Positions 29,289 through 38,592 of a stretch of DNA of 64,000 bases are shown one piece after another. This DNA is from Verrucomicrobiota bacterium (GTDB lineage Bacteria; Verrucomicrobiota; Verrucomicrobiia; Limisphaerales; UBA11320). The notes beneath the pieces were generated by a model. That model did not search any database. It worked only from the letters and a program-made list of their open reading frames with translations, and had not been told where the DNA came from. Every line of letters begins with the position of its first letter. Positions within the stretch are counted from its first letter, which is position 1. A program made the translations under genes and the position numbers. The stretch is taken from contig JACQFQ010000020.1 in NCBI GenBank assembly GCA_016199985.1, positions 84,978 through 148,977 of the forward strand, written 5' to 3'.

Positions 29289-32171
29289 TCAGAAGGATTT
29301 GGGATTCTCGAACGCGCTGGGCAGCCATTTCAGAAGAACGCCGCGAAGATCCTCTATGCTGACAGGCTTGGTCAGGTAGTCATCCATCCCGGACTCGAGA
29401 CAACGCTCGCGATCGCCTTGGACGGCGTTGGCGGTGAGCGCGACTATCGGAAGCCGGCCATTGCCCGCCTTGAAGAGCATCCCTTGCTGCTCCAGCCGCC
29501 GCAGCTCGCGGGTGGCGTCGAATCCGTCCATCCTCGGCATCTGGCAGTCCATAAACACGAAGTCGAAGGCTTCAATGGTCGTGCGGTCGACCGCGTCGCG
29601 TCCATCGACCGCGACCGTGATATGGCAGCCGATCTTTTCCAGCAATCGCTTGGCGAGCTTCTGATTGACCGCGTTGTCCTCGACGACAAGGACGCGCGCG
29701 CCGCCGCATTTCAGCCCGGCGGATCGGGCGCCCGCGGCCGAAGAAAGGACAGCCGTTGACGTCGCGCCGCCGGAGGCGCGTCCCACGGCGTCTTGCGGGA
29801 GGGGATTGAGGGCGGGGGGCGAGGAGCGACCGCGCGAGGGCTGCCCTTGGCCTTTCTCCGCGGCGAGCTTATCGCGCTGCTCCACGGCTTTGCGCAAGGC
29901 TTCCTTCAGCGCGACGCGACGGACAGCGGGCTTGAGCAGAGTGCCGGCGAACCCGCGCGACATGAACACAGTGGTGTCGGCGCGATGCACGCTGCTCCCG
30001 AGGAAAATCAGGCCGGTTGTCTCCAGGGTCGGGTCGCGTCGGATCTGATGGGCGAGGTCGTCGCCGTCCCAGGAAGTGAGCGAGTGATCGATGAAGCACG
30101 CGTCGAAGGGCTCCCCGCGCCCGGCGGCGGCCTTGAGCTTCGCCATCGCTTCCTTGGCGTCGGCGGCAGCCTCGCAATGGACCTTCCACAGCGAGAACTG
30201 ACGGAGCATCACATAGCGCGCGATCTCCGCGTCGTCGATCACAAGCACCTTGGCCCCCTGAAGCCCAGGGCTGAGCGGCGACTCCTCCGAGGGCGGGGTG
30301 CCTCCCCGGAGCGGAAGGGCGAGCTCGAATGTGGAGCCCTTGCCGACAGCGCTGACACAGGAAATGGACCCGCCCATGGCGTCGACAAGCAGCCGGCAAA
30401 TCGCCAGCCCGAGGCCCGTTCCGCCAAAGCGACGGTTGTGGGCGGATTCCAGTTGTTGAAATTTCTGAAAGAGCAGGTGCTGCTTATCGGCAGGGATGCC
30501 GATGCCCGTGTCGATGACCTTGAGAAGGGCGAAGGTTCCCTTGCCGGGAAGAGTGGCGAGTTCGGCCTGCACATGCACGTGGCCCTGCTCCGTGAACTTC
30601 AAGGCGTTGCCGATCAGGTTGAGCAGCACCTGCCGAACCCGCATGGGATCCCCCATCCAATCTTTGGGAAGCCGCGGATCGCATGAGATGGCGAGCTCGA
30701 CGTGCTTCTCCTCCGCCTTCGTCGACAGCAGCGAAGTCACCTCCTCGACGACCTGCGCCAGATCGAACGGCGCGATCTCCAGCGCCAGATGCCCGGCCTC
30801 GATCTTGGAAAAATCAAGAATGTCGCTGATCAGCGCGAGCAGGCTTTCGCCGGAGCTGCGGATGGTTTGCACGAAGTCCATCTGCTCCTCGTCCAGACGG
30901 GTGCTCAGGAGGACGTTGGCGAATCCCAGCACCCCGTTCATAGGCGTGCGGATCTCATGACTCATCGTGGCGAGGAATTCGCTCTTCGCCTGGTTGGCTG
31001 CCTCGGCCAGCCGCCGGGCCTTCTGGGCTTCGTTCTCGGCCATCTTGCGATCGGACACCTCCTGCTGGAGGGCGCGGGTGCGCTCCTGAACTCGAACCTC
31101 CAACTCGTCGTGCGCCTTCTTCAGCGCCTCCGCGGCCTTCTTGCGCTCCGTAATGTCGCGGATGAAAGCGCAGCAGTACGCCTGCCCCCCGTACTCCAGG
31201 TAGTTGATCGTCGTGTTGGCCCAGAACTCGGCGCCATCCGCCCGGCGACAGCGTCCATCAACCGTGAAGGTCTCGGATCCCCGCAGGGTCTGCCAAAACT
31301 CCTTCCAGGCGTCGCCGGCGAAAACCGGGAAAATCCTTTCCACGGAGTGCTCGGCAAGCCCTTCGCGACCGCAGTCCAGCAGTTTGAGGGCGGCGTCGTT
31401 GGCATAGAGGAAGCGGCCATCCTCCTGAATCCACAGCGTGGGATCCCCCGCTTTGTCGATGTAGAATCGGGTGGATCGAAGCGCCTCCTCGGTCTGAAGG
31501 CGATGACTCAAGGCTTCATGCAGCTCCACAATCTCGCGCGCGCTCAGCGTTTGCAACGTCACCGGACGCGGAGCGGCCTGCTGGGACGCGGAGTCCGGCG
31601 CGACCAGGCCTTGGGCGAGCTGACGCACAGGGGAAAGGACAAACCTCTCGACGCACGCGAGGATGACCACCGAAAGAATGATCAGGGAGATGAGGAGGAG
31701 CAGCCTGATATTGTTCACGTGGGAAGTGATCGTGGCCTCCTGCCTGAGGGTATCCCACGTGACGCGCATCGTTCCAAACTTCGCGCCTTCGGAAATCACG
31801 TCCTTCTCGAAGGTCCGGGTGGCGGCGTTGGTTCGATGGACCTCCCAGCTGACGAGCGACTTTCCGTCGGGCGCGTCGATATTGAAGGAGAGGATGTCCG
31901 GATCAGGGCTGACCGATCCCTCCACGATGCTCTTGAGCATCGGGCGATCCTGCGACACCACGTGCTCCATCGCGGCCCCGGACAACGTCGTGAACACGCG
32001 GTGGGTCTGCTGCTCCAGCTCGTTGTCGAGATAGCGCTTCTCGAAATGCCGAACCATCTCGCCCGCGAGAACGCTGACAAGCAGGGTCGCCACAAACAGC
32101 GCAAGCCCCAGCTGGCGGCTTAAAGGCCAGTGCGCTCGGGAGGAGGTCCGTTCAGGCTGTTGAGGGAGCAC
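29289..32171 (-). CDS. Hybrid sensor histidine kinase (2 TM + periplasmic domain, PAS, HisKA, HATPase_c, two receiver domains)
   Basis: H-box [12 protein letters not shown]-box [11 protein letters not shown]1 DTGIGI and G2 [12 protein letters not shown]1 is KVLVIDD...CFIDHSL. REC2 is RVLVVEDN...[11 protein letters not shown]...LTANA...YLTKP. The PAS region is [17 protein letters not shown]... The coiled linker is rich in E/K/R. Confidence 0.92.
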   Translation of the reverse strand: MLPQQPERTSSRAHWPLSRQLGLALFVATLLVSVLAGEMVRHFEKRYLDNELEQQTHRVFTTLSGAAMEHVVSQDRPMLKSIVEGSVSPDPDILSFNIDAPDGKSLVSWEVHRTNAATRTFEKDVISEGAKFGTMRVTWDTLRQEATITSHVNNIRLLLLISLIILSVVILACVERFVLSPVRQLAQGLVAPDSASQQAAPRPVTLQTLSAREIVELHEALSHRLQTEEALRSTRFYIDKAGDPTLWIQEDGRFLYANDAALKLLDCGREGLAEHSVERIFPVFAGDAWKEFWQTLRGSETFTVDGRCRRADGAEFWANTTINYLEYGGQAYCCAFIRDITERKKAAEALKKAHDELEVRVQERTRALQQEVSDRKMAENEAQKARRLAEAANQAKSEFLATMSHEIRTPMNGVLGFANVLLSTRLDEEQMDFVQTIRSSGESLLALISDILDFSKIEAGHLALEIAPFDLAQVVEEVTSLLSTKAEEKHVELAISCDPRLPKDWMGDPMRVRQVLLNLIGNALKFTEQGHVHVQAELATLPGKGTFALLKVIDTGIGIPADKQHLLFQKFQQLESAHNRRFGGTGLGLAICRLLVDAMGGSISCVSAVGKGSTFELALPLRGGTPPSEESPLSPGLQGAKVLVIDDAEIARYVMLRQFSLWKVHCEAAADAKEAMAKLKAAAGRGEPFDACFIDHSLTSWDGDDLAHQIRRDPTLETTGLIFLGSSVHRADTTVFMSRGFAGTLLKPAVRRVALKEALRKAVEQRDKLAAEKGQGQPSRGRSSPPALNPLPQDAVGRASGGATSTAVLSSAAGARSAGLKCGGARVLVVEDNAVNQKLAKRLLEKIGCHITVAVDGRDAVDRTTIEAFDFVFMDCQMPRMDGFDATRELRRLEQQGMLFKAGNGRLPIVALTANAVQGDRERCLESGMDDYLTKPVSIEDLRGVLLKWLPSAFENPKSF

Positions 32172-33053
32172 TCAGGGAGTGAAACGAAAGTTTTCTTTCA
32201 CCGCTTTCCGGGTGGCGCCGAAATCCTCGTCCCTCCCCGGAAGGAAGCTCAATCCCTCCTCGCCCAGGCTGGCGAGGGCCTTCGGGTCCTTGATCTCGAG
32301 AAGCGCCTTGCGAAGGGCCTCCTTGACCTTGGCGTCCAACCCAGCGCGCGCCACCCAGGGTCGTCCGTCAATCGGGAAGTAGGCCAGGGCGCGAAGCGGA
32401 GCCCCGGTTTCCAGCAGCTTCTTGAAAGTGCGCTCGTTCAACGCCCCCGCGTCGAAGTCGCCTCCGGCAATCGCCGCGCCCACTCGATCATGTCGTTCCA
32501 GGTACTTGAACAAAGACAGCTCCTTCGAGGTGATTCCGTGCTCCACCAGATAGAGCTGGGAGTTGAAGCGCCCGGTGGTCGAAAACTCGTCGCCGAACGC
32601 GAACTTCTTCCCGGCGAGATCGCTGATGGTGGCAATCACGGCATTGCTCAGCACGCAGATCACCCCGTTGAGAGTCTTTTGACCCTTGAGTCCCTCCACT
32701 GCGAGAACCTCAAGACCCGGCGCCTTCTCCTTGGCCTGCACATAGGACACAGGGCCGACCTGCGCGAAATCGTAGGAGCCGTCGACGAGCGCTTGAATGC
32801 CGTCCTCGTAGGTCTTGGCGACCTCAAGGCGAATTTGAACCTTCTGCTTCAACGCCGCGGAAAGATTCTCCTCCAGCATGAGGAGCAAGGGCCGAGACTG
32901 CTTCACCATGTCGGTGGGCTTCTTCGACGTGTATACCCCGAATTTCAGCTCCATGTCAGCGGATCCGACCACGGGCGCCATCAAGGCGAGACTGCAGAGG
33001 ATCCCCATAGGCCAACGCGCCCAGGCCCCCGCTCTGAGTTGTTTTCTGCTCAT
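32172..33053 (-). CDS. PhnD-like (phosphate/phosphonate-type) periplasmic substrate-binding protein
   Basis: Signal peptide ...SLALMAPVVGSA. LKFGVYTSKKPTDMVKQSRPLLLMLE, YDFAQVGPVSYV, GKKFAFGDEFSTTG and ALAYFPIDGRPWVARAGLD. Its stop codon (32172-32174) abuts the kinase start (32171). Confidence 0.75.
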   Translation of the reverse strand: MSRKQLRAGAWARWPMGILCSLALMAPVVGSADMELKFGVYTSKKPTDMVKQSRPLLLMLEENLSAALKQKVQIRLEVAKTYEDGIQALVDGSYDFAQVGPVSYVQAKEKAPGLEVLAVEGLKGQKTLNGVICVLSNAVIATISDLAGKKFAFGDEFSTTGRFNSQLYLVEHGITSKELSLFKYLERHDRVGAAIAGGDFDAGALNERTFKKLLETGAPLRALAYFPIDGRPWVARAGLDAKVKEALRKALLEIKDPKALASLGEEGLSFLPGRDEDFGATRKAVKENFRFTP

Positions 33054-33274
33054 ATTAGTCCCAGTCGTTCAGTTCACTTTACCTGTCGCTCTCAAGCCGG
33101 AGGGGAGTCGAGGCGGGGCGCTACGCTTGCGCCTCCGCTTCAATTTCCCCAGTCATGGTAACAACCGAACCGGCTCAACCCTGCCCCCCAGGGAGAGAGT
33201 CTGGTCGATGAATCGGCTGCGCGCGCCAAAGCTTGAGCCCCGAGGCGAAGGAAGGAGCAGGCGGAGGATCGTTC

Positions 33275-35650
33275 TCAACCCGGGCTCGGCGGGGTTGAGT
33301 TCTGGCAGGCGAACAGGAGTCGCAGGCTGTTGAAAACCACCAAGACCGTGCTGCCCTCGTGCCCGATGACACCGACGGTGAGGGGAATCACGCCGAAGAG
33401 CGCCAGAGTGGCAAGGACCAGCACCGTGCCGAGGGAAACGACGAGGTTCTGTCGGATGACGGAGCGGGCGCGCCGGCTCAGCTGGTAGGCGAACAAAAAG
33501 TTTTCAATGCGGTCGTGCATGAGACCGACATCGGCCTGTTCCAGCGCGGCGTCGGAGCCGCGGGCGCCCATGGCGACACCGACATGAGCGGCCGCCAGGC
33601 TCGGAGCGTCGTTGACGCCGTCGCCCACCATCGCCACGCGCGTGCCCGCGGCGGTCATCTCGCGAATCGCCGCCACCTTCTGATCCGGCGTCAGCTGAGC
33701 GCGCACATCCCGCAGCCCGAGTCGCTCCCGAAGCGCCCCGGCCGCGGACTCCCGATCCCCGGTGAGAACCACGATCGAAAGACCGGCCTGTTCCAGCGCC
33801 CGCAATGTGGCGCGGGATTCGGAGCGCAGTTCATCCCGCAGAACCAAACGGCCCACGGCCCCGTTCCCACGAATCCACACTTCCGAAACTCCCGCGTCGG
33901 GTTCGGCCCAAGGAATCGGGATCTGCTCCGGAACGTCCGCGCAGACCCATTCGCGACGTCCCAGACGAACCGGTGAGCCCGCGTGGAGGGCTTTGAGTCC
34001 CTGGCCGGTCACCGACTCAAACGCCTCGAGGGCGACCGGCAGGACCCCTAGTCGTTTTCCGTGGCGAGTGATCGCCCGGGCGAGGGGATGGGTGGAAAGA
34101 CGCTCGAGCGAAACGGCGAGCGCCAGCAACTCGGACTCGCAGCCCGGCGGAAAGCCCTCGACGCTCTGAACCACGAGGTCGCCCGTGGTGAGCGTGCCCG
34201 TTTTATCGAGGGCGACGCATCCGACTTCCGCGAGCCGTTCGACCGCCACGCCACCGCGAAACAGGACGCCCTTTCGCGCCGCCGACGCGATCGCGGCGAG
34301 AATCGCGGAGGGGATGGACAATACCAACGCGCAGGGCGACGCGACAACCAAGAGCGTCATGGCGCGATAGAACGCGCTCGGAGTCGAGGGCGTTGAGAGC
34401 ATCGGCGGAGCCCCGGCGCCCAGCCACCAGAAGAGAAAAACAACAAAGGTCAGCGCCAGGACCGCGTACGTGTATCGCGTGCCGAACCGATCGGTGAAGC
34501 GTTGCGACGGCGCCTTCTGATGCTGGGCCTCGCGGATCAGGCGGATGATTTTCTCCAGCGCGCTCTCGCTGGCGGGACGAAGCGCCACCGCCTCCACCGC
34601 GCCCCAAAGATTAAGGGTGCCGGCCAGGACCTGATCGCCGACGGTCTTCTCCACGGGCGCGGACTCGCCCGTCATATTCGATTCATCCACCGCGGTCCTG
34701 CCTTGCACGACCTCGGCGTCGACAGGGAACAAAACGCCCGGCTTGATGAGGAGACGCTGCCCGGCGACAAGCTTTTCGACAGGCCGCTCGCTCTCGACAC
34801 CGTCGTTCGCGAGCACTGTGGCGGTCTTGGGCGCGCCCCGGTGGAGGGCCCTGATCTCCTTCTGGGTGCGGCCCATCGCGTAATGCTCCAGCGCGCCGGC
34901 CAGCGAGAACAGGAACAGCAGGATCGCGCCCTCCTTCCACTCGCCGATCGCGCCGCTCCCCGCGGCCACGGCAAGCATCAGGAAATGCACATCGAGACGC
35001 CGCGCCTGCAGGAGTTCCCATACCTCCTTCGCGGTGAACCACGCGCCCGCCAGATACGCGGCCAGAAACAGGGGGAGCGACAGGGGAGGCTGCGCCAGGA
35101 CCGCCCCAAGCGTGAAGGCCCCGCAGAGCGCCGCCCCCAGCAGCTGGAGCTTCCACTCGTCGAAATGCTCGTCGTCGTCGTGGAAATCCACCTCGCGAGG
35201 CACGAACTTCGGCAGCGGAAGCGATTTCCAATGCCAGAACCGGGGCGCCGTGGGACACGAGACGCGCGCCAACGTGGTGGCATGCGGATTCTGGGTGATG
35301 TGGATCTGCGCCCGGACCGACTCGTGGGGAGGGTTGTCGCAAACCGAACAGTCCCCTTTCCCTGTCAAGAGCCCGCAGGTCTCGGCGCCGTCGCCGGCGC
35401 GCATCTCGGCCAGCAAACCTTTCACGCGTTCGTTCAGGTCGGGATCCTCCCGCCTTCCCAGCGTCGCAATAGAAACCGACGCGTCGCCCGGGCGAACCGT
35501 CACCGCCTCGACGCGCGGCTCCTTCTCGAGAATGCGCGCGACTCCCTCCACCAGACAGCGGGTCGGAGGTCGCTCGGATGGCCTGCCAGGACTCGATTTC
35601 ATTACGCCGATAAACGCAGCATCCACTCTCCGTCCGGTTCTGACAAGCAT
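33275..35650 (-). CDS. Heavy-metal P1B-type ATPase with SPC / HEGST transmembrane motifs (P1B-4-like, Co/Ni/Zn-type)
   Basis: DKTGTLT (34187-34207), TGES, GDGVNDAPSL, SPC in the helix before the P-domain (34331-34339) and HEGST in the last helix (33347-33361). The N-terminal ~150 aa form an HMA-like region without CxxC, plus the Cys cluster ETCGLLTGKGDCSVCDN. An alternative start lies at 35602. Confidence 0.88.
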   Translation of the reverse strand: MLVRTGRRVDAAFIGVMKSSPGRPSERPPTRCLVEGVARILEKEPRVEAVTVRPGDASVSIATLGRREDPDLNERVKGLLAEMRAGDGAETCGLLTGKGDCSVCDNPPHESVRAQIHITQNPHATTLARVSCPTAPRFWHWKSLPLPKFVPREVDFHDDDEHFDEWKLQLLGAALCGAFTLGAVLAQPPLSLPLFLAAYLAGAWFTAKEVWELLQARRLDVHFLMLAVAAGSGAIGEWKEGAILLFLFSLAGALEHYAMGRTQKEIRALHRGAPKTATVLANDGVESERPVEKLVAGQRLLIKPGVLFPVDAEVVQGRTAVDESNMTGESAPVEKTVGDQVLAGTLNLWGAVEAVALRPASESALEKIIRLIREAQHQKAPSQRFTDRFGTRYTYAVLALTFVVFLFWWLGAGAPPMLSTPSTPSAFYRAMTLLVVASPCALVLSIPSAILAAIASAARKGVLFRGGVAVERLAEVGCVALDKTGTLTTGDLVVQSVEGFPPGCESELLALAVSLERLSTHPLARAITRHGKRLGVLPVALEAFESVTGQGLKALHAGSPVRLGRREWVCADVPEQIPIPWAEPDAGVSEVWIRGNGAVGRLVLRDELRSESRATLRALEQAGLSIVVLTGDRESAAGALRERLGLRDVRAQLTPDQKVAAIREMTAAGTRVAMVGDGVNDAPSLAAAHVGVAMGARGSDAALEQADVGLMHDRIENFLFAYQLSRRARSVIRQNLVVSLGTVLVLATLALFGVIPLTVGVIGHEGSTVLVVFNSLRLLFACQNSTPPSPG

Positions 35651-35653
35651 CGC

Positions 35654-37045
35654 TCAGCGCGACAGCGATATCGCCTTGTCGACAATCCGCGACTCCACAT
35701 CCCCCGCCCACCGGGTCGGCAGCCCGTAATAGATCATTGCGCCCCCTCCTTCGTATCCGCCCTCCTCCCACACGCGACGCGATGGAATGTAAGCCATCAC
35801 ATCATGGCAGTAGCCGCTCACCCACAGGGATGGCCCCAGCTCTCGTTTCAAGCGCAATGAGTAATCCACGACCACCTCGCCGCCGAGCGCGACCCATTCC
35901 AGCTTTCCGCCCATCCTCCAAACGGACAAAGGATAGGGATAGCTCTCGGGCAATCGTCCCTGTTTGTCGAGAATCGCGAGCATCTTCCGGGCGTGCGCCG
36001 CGGCAAATCGATCCTTCCCCTCGGAAAGCTTTTCCCACTGCGCGCGCGCTGGGGCGGTGTCGAAGGGCAGGTCCATCTCGGCGTAGCGGATGGCCAGCTC
36101 GGGGGACAACGGCTCCAGCACGCCCTCCAGCGCGCGATCCACCGAGTCGGCAAGACGACGGCCGTATTGCCGCGCCAGCTCGGGAGTGCGACGGGGCAAG
36201 GGATTGATATCGGCGCCGCAACCCTGGAGGAAGAGCGCGTGGGTCGACGGATGCCTCTGCTCCAGCTCGGCCTGCGCGAATCCCGGATAGTCCCCCGACC
36301 ACAGATAATCGTCCAGGACGGTGGCATGGCAGGCGTAGCCGAAGACCACGCCCATCAATCCGCCCTCCACATCCGCGATCCGAAGCACGGGAACCGAAGG
36401 GTCCACCGGCCCCCGCAAGGCGCCCGCGGCTCGGTGCGCGGGGACAAGCGGCTCGGGATTGTTGCGCCGGTTCACGCCGAAGGATTCGTGCCCGACCGCC
36501 CAGGAAAGCTTCGCCGGCCGCAAGCGCGACAGCGCATCGACCGCCAGTTGAACGACCTGGGAGCGGAGCCCGTCCGTGTAACGATCCACCTTTGCGCGCT
36601 CTCGCTCCTCGAAGAAATACATCGTATCGAGATTCTTCCCCACCACGGGTCCTGTGTGCGTGTGGGAGCAAGAGAGCACGATGTGGTCGGCGGCGATGCC
36701 GGTTTGCTGGTGGATTTGCGACCGGACGGCGCTCGCCAATTCGCGATCCACGCCGACGAGATCAAGCGTCACGATGACGCCCCGAACACCCGCGCGGTCT
36801 TCGAGAGCGATGGACTTCGCCCAGAGATCGATGCGAACGCCCTCCGCGGGGTGGTCGCGCGAGCCATATCCGCTGAGCCACATCGATTCCTTCGGGGTGA
36901 TTCGCGCGCTCGCGAAGCCGGCCTTCCAGGGGAGATCGGCCTCGGCGGCCGTTCCCGAGCGGCAAAGCCATAGAGCGGCGATCATCCCACCGACGGCTTT
37001 CCAGCGGATCCAGGATGGGGATGGCATAAAGAGGTTCGAATGCAT
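35654..37045 (-). CDS. Secreted neutral/alkaline ceramidase-like N-terminal-domain hydrolase
   Basis: Start at ATG 37045 (MHSNLFMPSPSWIRWKAVGGMIAALWLC signal). RITPKESMWLSGYGSRDHPAEGVRIDLWAKSIAL, VLSCSHTHTGP and FLQGCGADINP match the ceramidase-like family pattern. The track ORF extends upstream without support. Confidence 0.65.
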   Translation of the reverse strand: MHSNLFMPSPSWIRWKAVGGMIAALWLCRSGTAAEADLPWKAGFASARITPKESMWLSGYGSRDHPAEGVRIDLWAKSIALEDRAGVRGVIVTLDLVGVDRELASAVRSQIHQQTGIAADHIVLSCSHTHTGPVVGKNLDTMYFFEERERAKVDRYTDGLRSQVVQLAVDALSRLRPAKLSWAVGHESFGVNRRNNPEPLVPAHRAAGALRGPVDPSVPVLRIADVEGGLMGVVFGYACHATVLDDYLWSGDYPGFAQAELEQRHPSTHALFLQGCGADINPLPRRTPELARQYGRRLADSVDRALEGVLEPLSPELAIRYAEMDLPFDTAPARAQWEKLSEGKDRFAAAHARKMLAILDKQGRLPESYPYPLSVWRMGGKLEWVALGGEVVVDYSLRLKRELGPSLWVSGYCHDVMAYIPSRRVWEEGGYEGGGAMIYYGLPTRWAGDVESRIVDKAISLSR

Positions 37046-37067
37046 TTGAATCCGTGGTTCGGCGGAT

Positions 37068-37096
37068 GCGATTTCCCTGAAAATCCAGGGAATCGC
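37068..37096. repeat. Near-perfect inverted repeat just upstream of the ceramidase-like gene start
   Basis: GCGATTTCCCTG-AAAATC-CAGGGAATCGC. The arms are complementary except for one extra T. It lies 23-51 nt 5' of the minus-strand ATG at 37045. Confidence 0.3.
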
Positions 37097-37372
37097 GATC
37101 GCCGTCAAACAAGCATTGACGGAACACGATGGATTCACTACTTCCATCGCGTCGCCCGCGGCCGGGTTGTGGTGGCCGGGGGCGGGTCCCGAAGGAGGGG
37201 CTGTGTTTCTCTGACAACTTGAATTCCGCGCCGGCCTCAGGAAGGCCAAGGGCTCTGGATTCCGAGGATGCGCCCAGCCGCCGGCCGATCCAGGAAAATC
37301 GCGTCGGCGACGCGGGAGGATTGACGAAAGGACCACAACGGAGAACCATTGCAGTCGAACAACAACTCAAAC

Positions 37373-37384
37373 CGATTCGAATCG
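37373..37384. repeat. Perfect 12-nt palindrome CGATTCGAATCG abutting the recA start codon
   Basis: Read directly: ...aaaccgattcgaatcgtATG (recA ATG at 37386). It shares the GATTCGAATC core with the palindrome at 62113-62128, and ATTCGAATC with the sequence directly 5' of the fabI ATG (45837-45845). Confidence 0.5.
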
Positions 37385-37385
37385 T

Positions 37386-38477
37386 ATGCCGCCGAAATCT
37401 TCCGAAAAAATCGTGGTCGCGGAGCCCAAGCCCGAGACCCCCGCCCGAGGCCAGAGCCCGACGCGCCAGCGCGATCTGGACGCCGCCATCTCCTCCATCA
37501 CGAAAGCCTATGGCGAGGGCGCCATCATGCGTCTCGGAGACGCGGGAGTTTCGATGAAGATCGAAGTCATCCCCACCGGCGCGCTGGGGGTGGACCTCGC
37601 CTTGGGCGCCGGCGGCCTGCCGCGTGGACGCATCGTGGAGATCTACGGGCCCGAATCTTCGGGCAAGACCACGCTGATGCTGCATGTCATCGCCAACGCC
37701 CAGAAGATGGGCGGGCTGGCCGCGTTCATCGACGCGGAGCACGCCTTGGATCCCGTCTATGCCCGCCGGCTCGGCGTCAATGTGGACGAGTTGCTCGTCT
37801 CCCAGCCGGACAGCGGCGAGGAGGCGCTCAGCATCTGCGAAACCCTGGTGCGCTCCAACGCGCTGGACGTGATTGTGATCGACTCCGTCGCCGCGCTCGT
37901 GCCCAAGGCCGAACTGGAGGGCGACATGGGCATGGCCACCATGGGCATGCAGGCGCGGCTCATGAGCCAGGCGCTTCGCAAGCTCACCGCCATCTTGAGC
38001 AAGGCCAAGACGCTCTGCGTGTTCACCAACCAGCTGCGCGAAAAGGTCGGCGTCATGTTCGGCAATCCCGAAACCACGCCCGGCGGCAAGGCGCTGAAGT
38101 TCTACGCGAGCGTCCGCCTCGACATTCGCCGCAAGGACGCGATCAAGGACGCCGCCGGCAACGCCATCGGAAACCAGGTGAAGGTGAAAGTGGTGAAGAA
38201 CAAGGTCGCGCCTCCTTTCGCGGAAGCCGAGTTCGAGATTCTCTACAACCATGGCATCAACAAGGAGGGCAATCTGCTCGACGTGGGCATCGCGCACGGA
38301 GTTGTGGACAAGAAGGGCGCCTGGTTGCAGTTCCAGGGCGACCTGATCGGCCAGGGCAAGGACGCGTCGCGTCAGGCGCTGATCGAGAAGCCGGAGCTCG
38401 CGAAGAAGATCCTTGAGGCGATCATGGCCAAACGCGCCCTCGCGATTGTCCCGCCCCTCCCGTCGCTCCAACCCTGA
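37386..38477 (+). CDS. recA: Recombinase A
   Basis: [34 protein letters not shown] (Walker A), [38 protein letters not shown] and [37 protein letters not shown]. It carries a ~25-aa Lys/Pro/Glu-rich N-terminal extension. Confidence 0.96.
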   Translation: MPPKSSEKIVVAEPKPETPARGQSPTRQRDLDAAISSITKAYGEGAIMRLGDAGVSMKIEVIPTGALGVDLALGAGGLPRGRIVEIYGPESSGKTTLMLHVIANAQKMGGLAAFIDAEHALDPVYARRLGVNVDELLVSQPDSGEEALSICETLVRSNALDVIVIDSVAALVPKAELEGDMGMATMGMQARLMSQALRKLTAILSKAKTLCVFTNQLREKVGVMFGNPETTPGGKALKFYASVRLDIRRKDAIKDAAGNAIGNQVKVKVVKNKVAPPFAEAEFEILYNHGINKEGNLLDVGIAHGVVDKKGAWLQFQGDLIGQGKDASRQALIEKPELAKKILEAIMAKRALAIVPPLPSLQP

Positions 38478-38592
38478 CGACCCAACGACAGCAGCGGACC
38501 GCGCCCTGACGCGTTGCGGACGCGCCGCCGTGGCGCAGGCCGCCGAGCCTGCGCTACTCACCGCCGCGGGATGCTCGAGGTCGCGGAGGAGC

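Noticed and set aside
37300-37385. LexA/SOS box upstream of recA
   Set aside because: I saw no CTGT-N8-ACAG, GAAC-N4-GTTC or TGTTC-N4-GAACA type palindrome. Only an isolated GAACA and the CGATTCGAATCG palindrome are present, and the latter is reported separately.
36762-38561. 599-aa minus-strand ORF overlapping recA
   Set aside because: It is antisense to recA, which has a perfect Walker A and RecA signature. It has no motif support.
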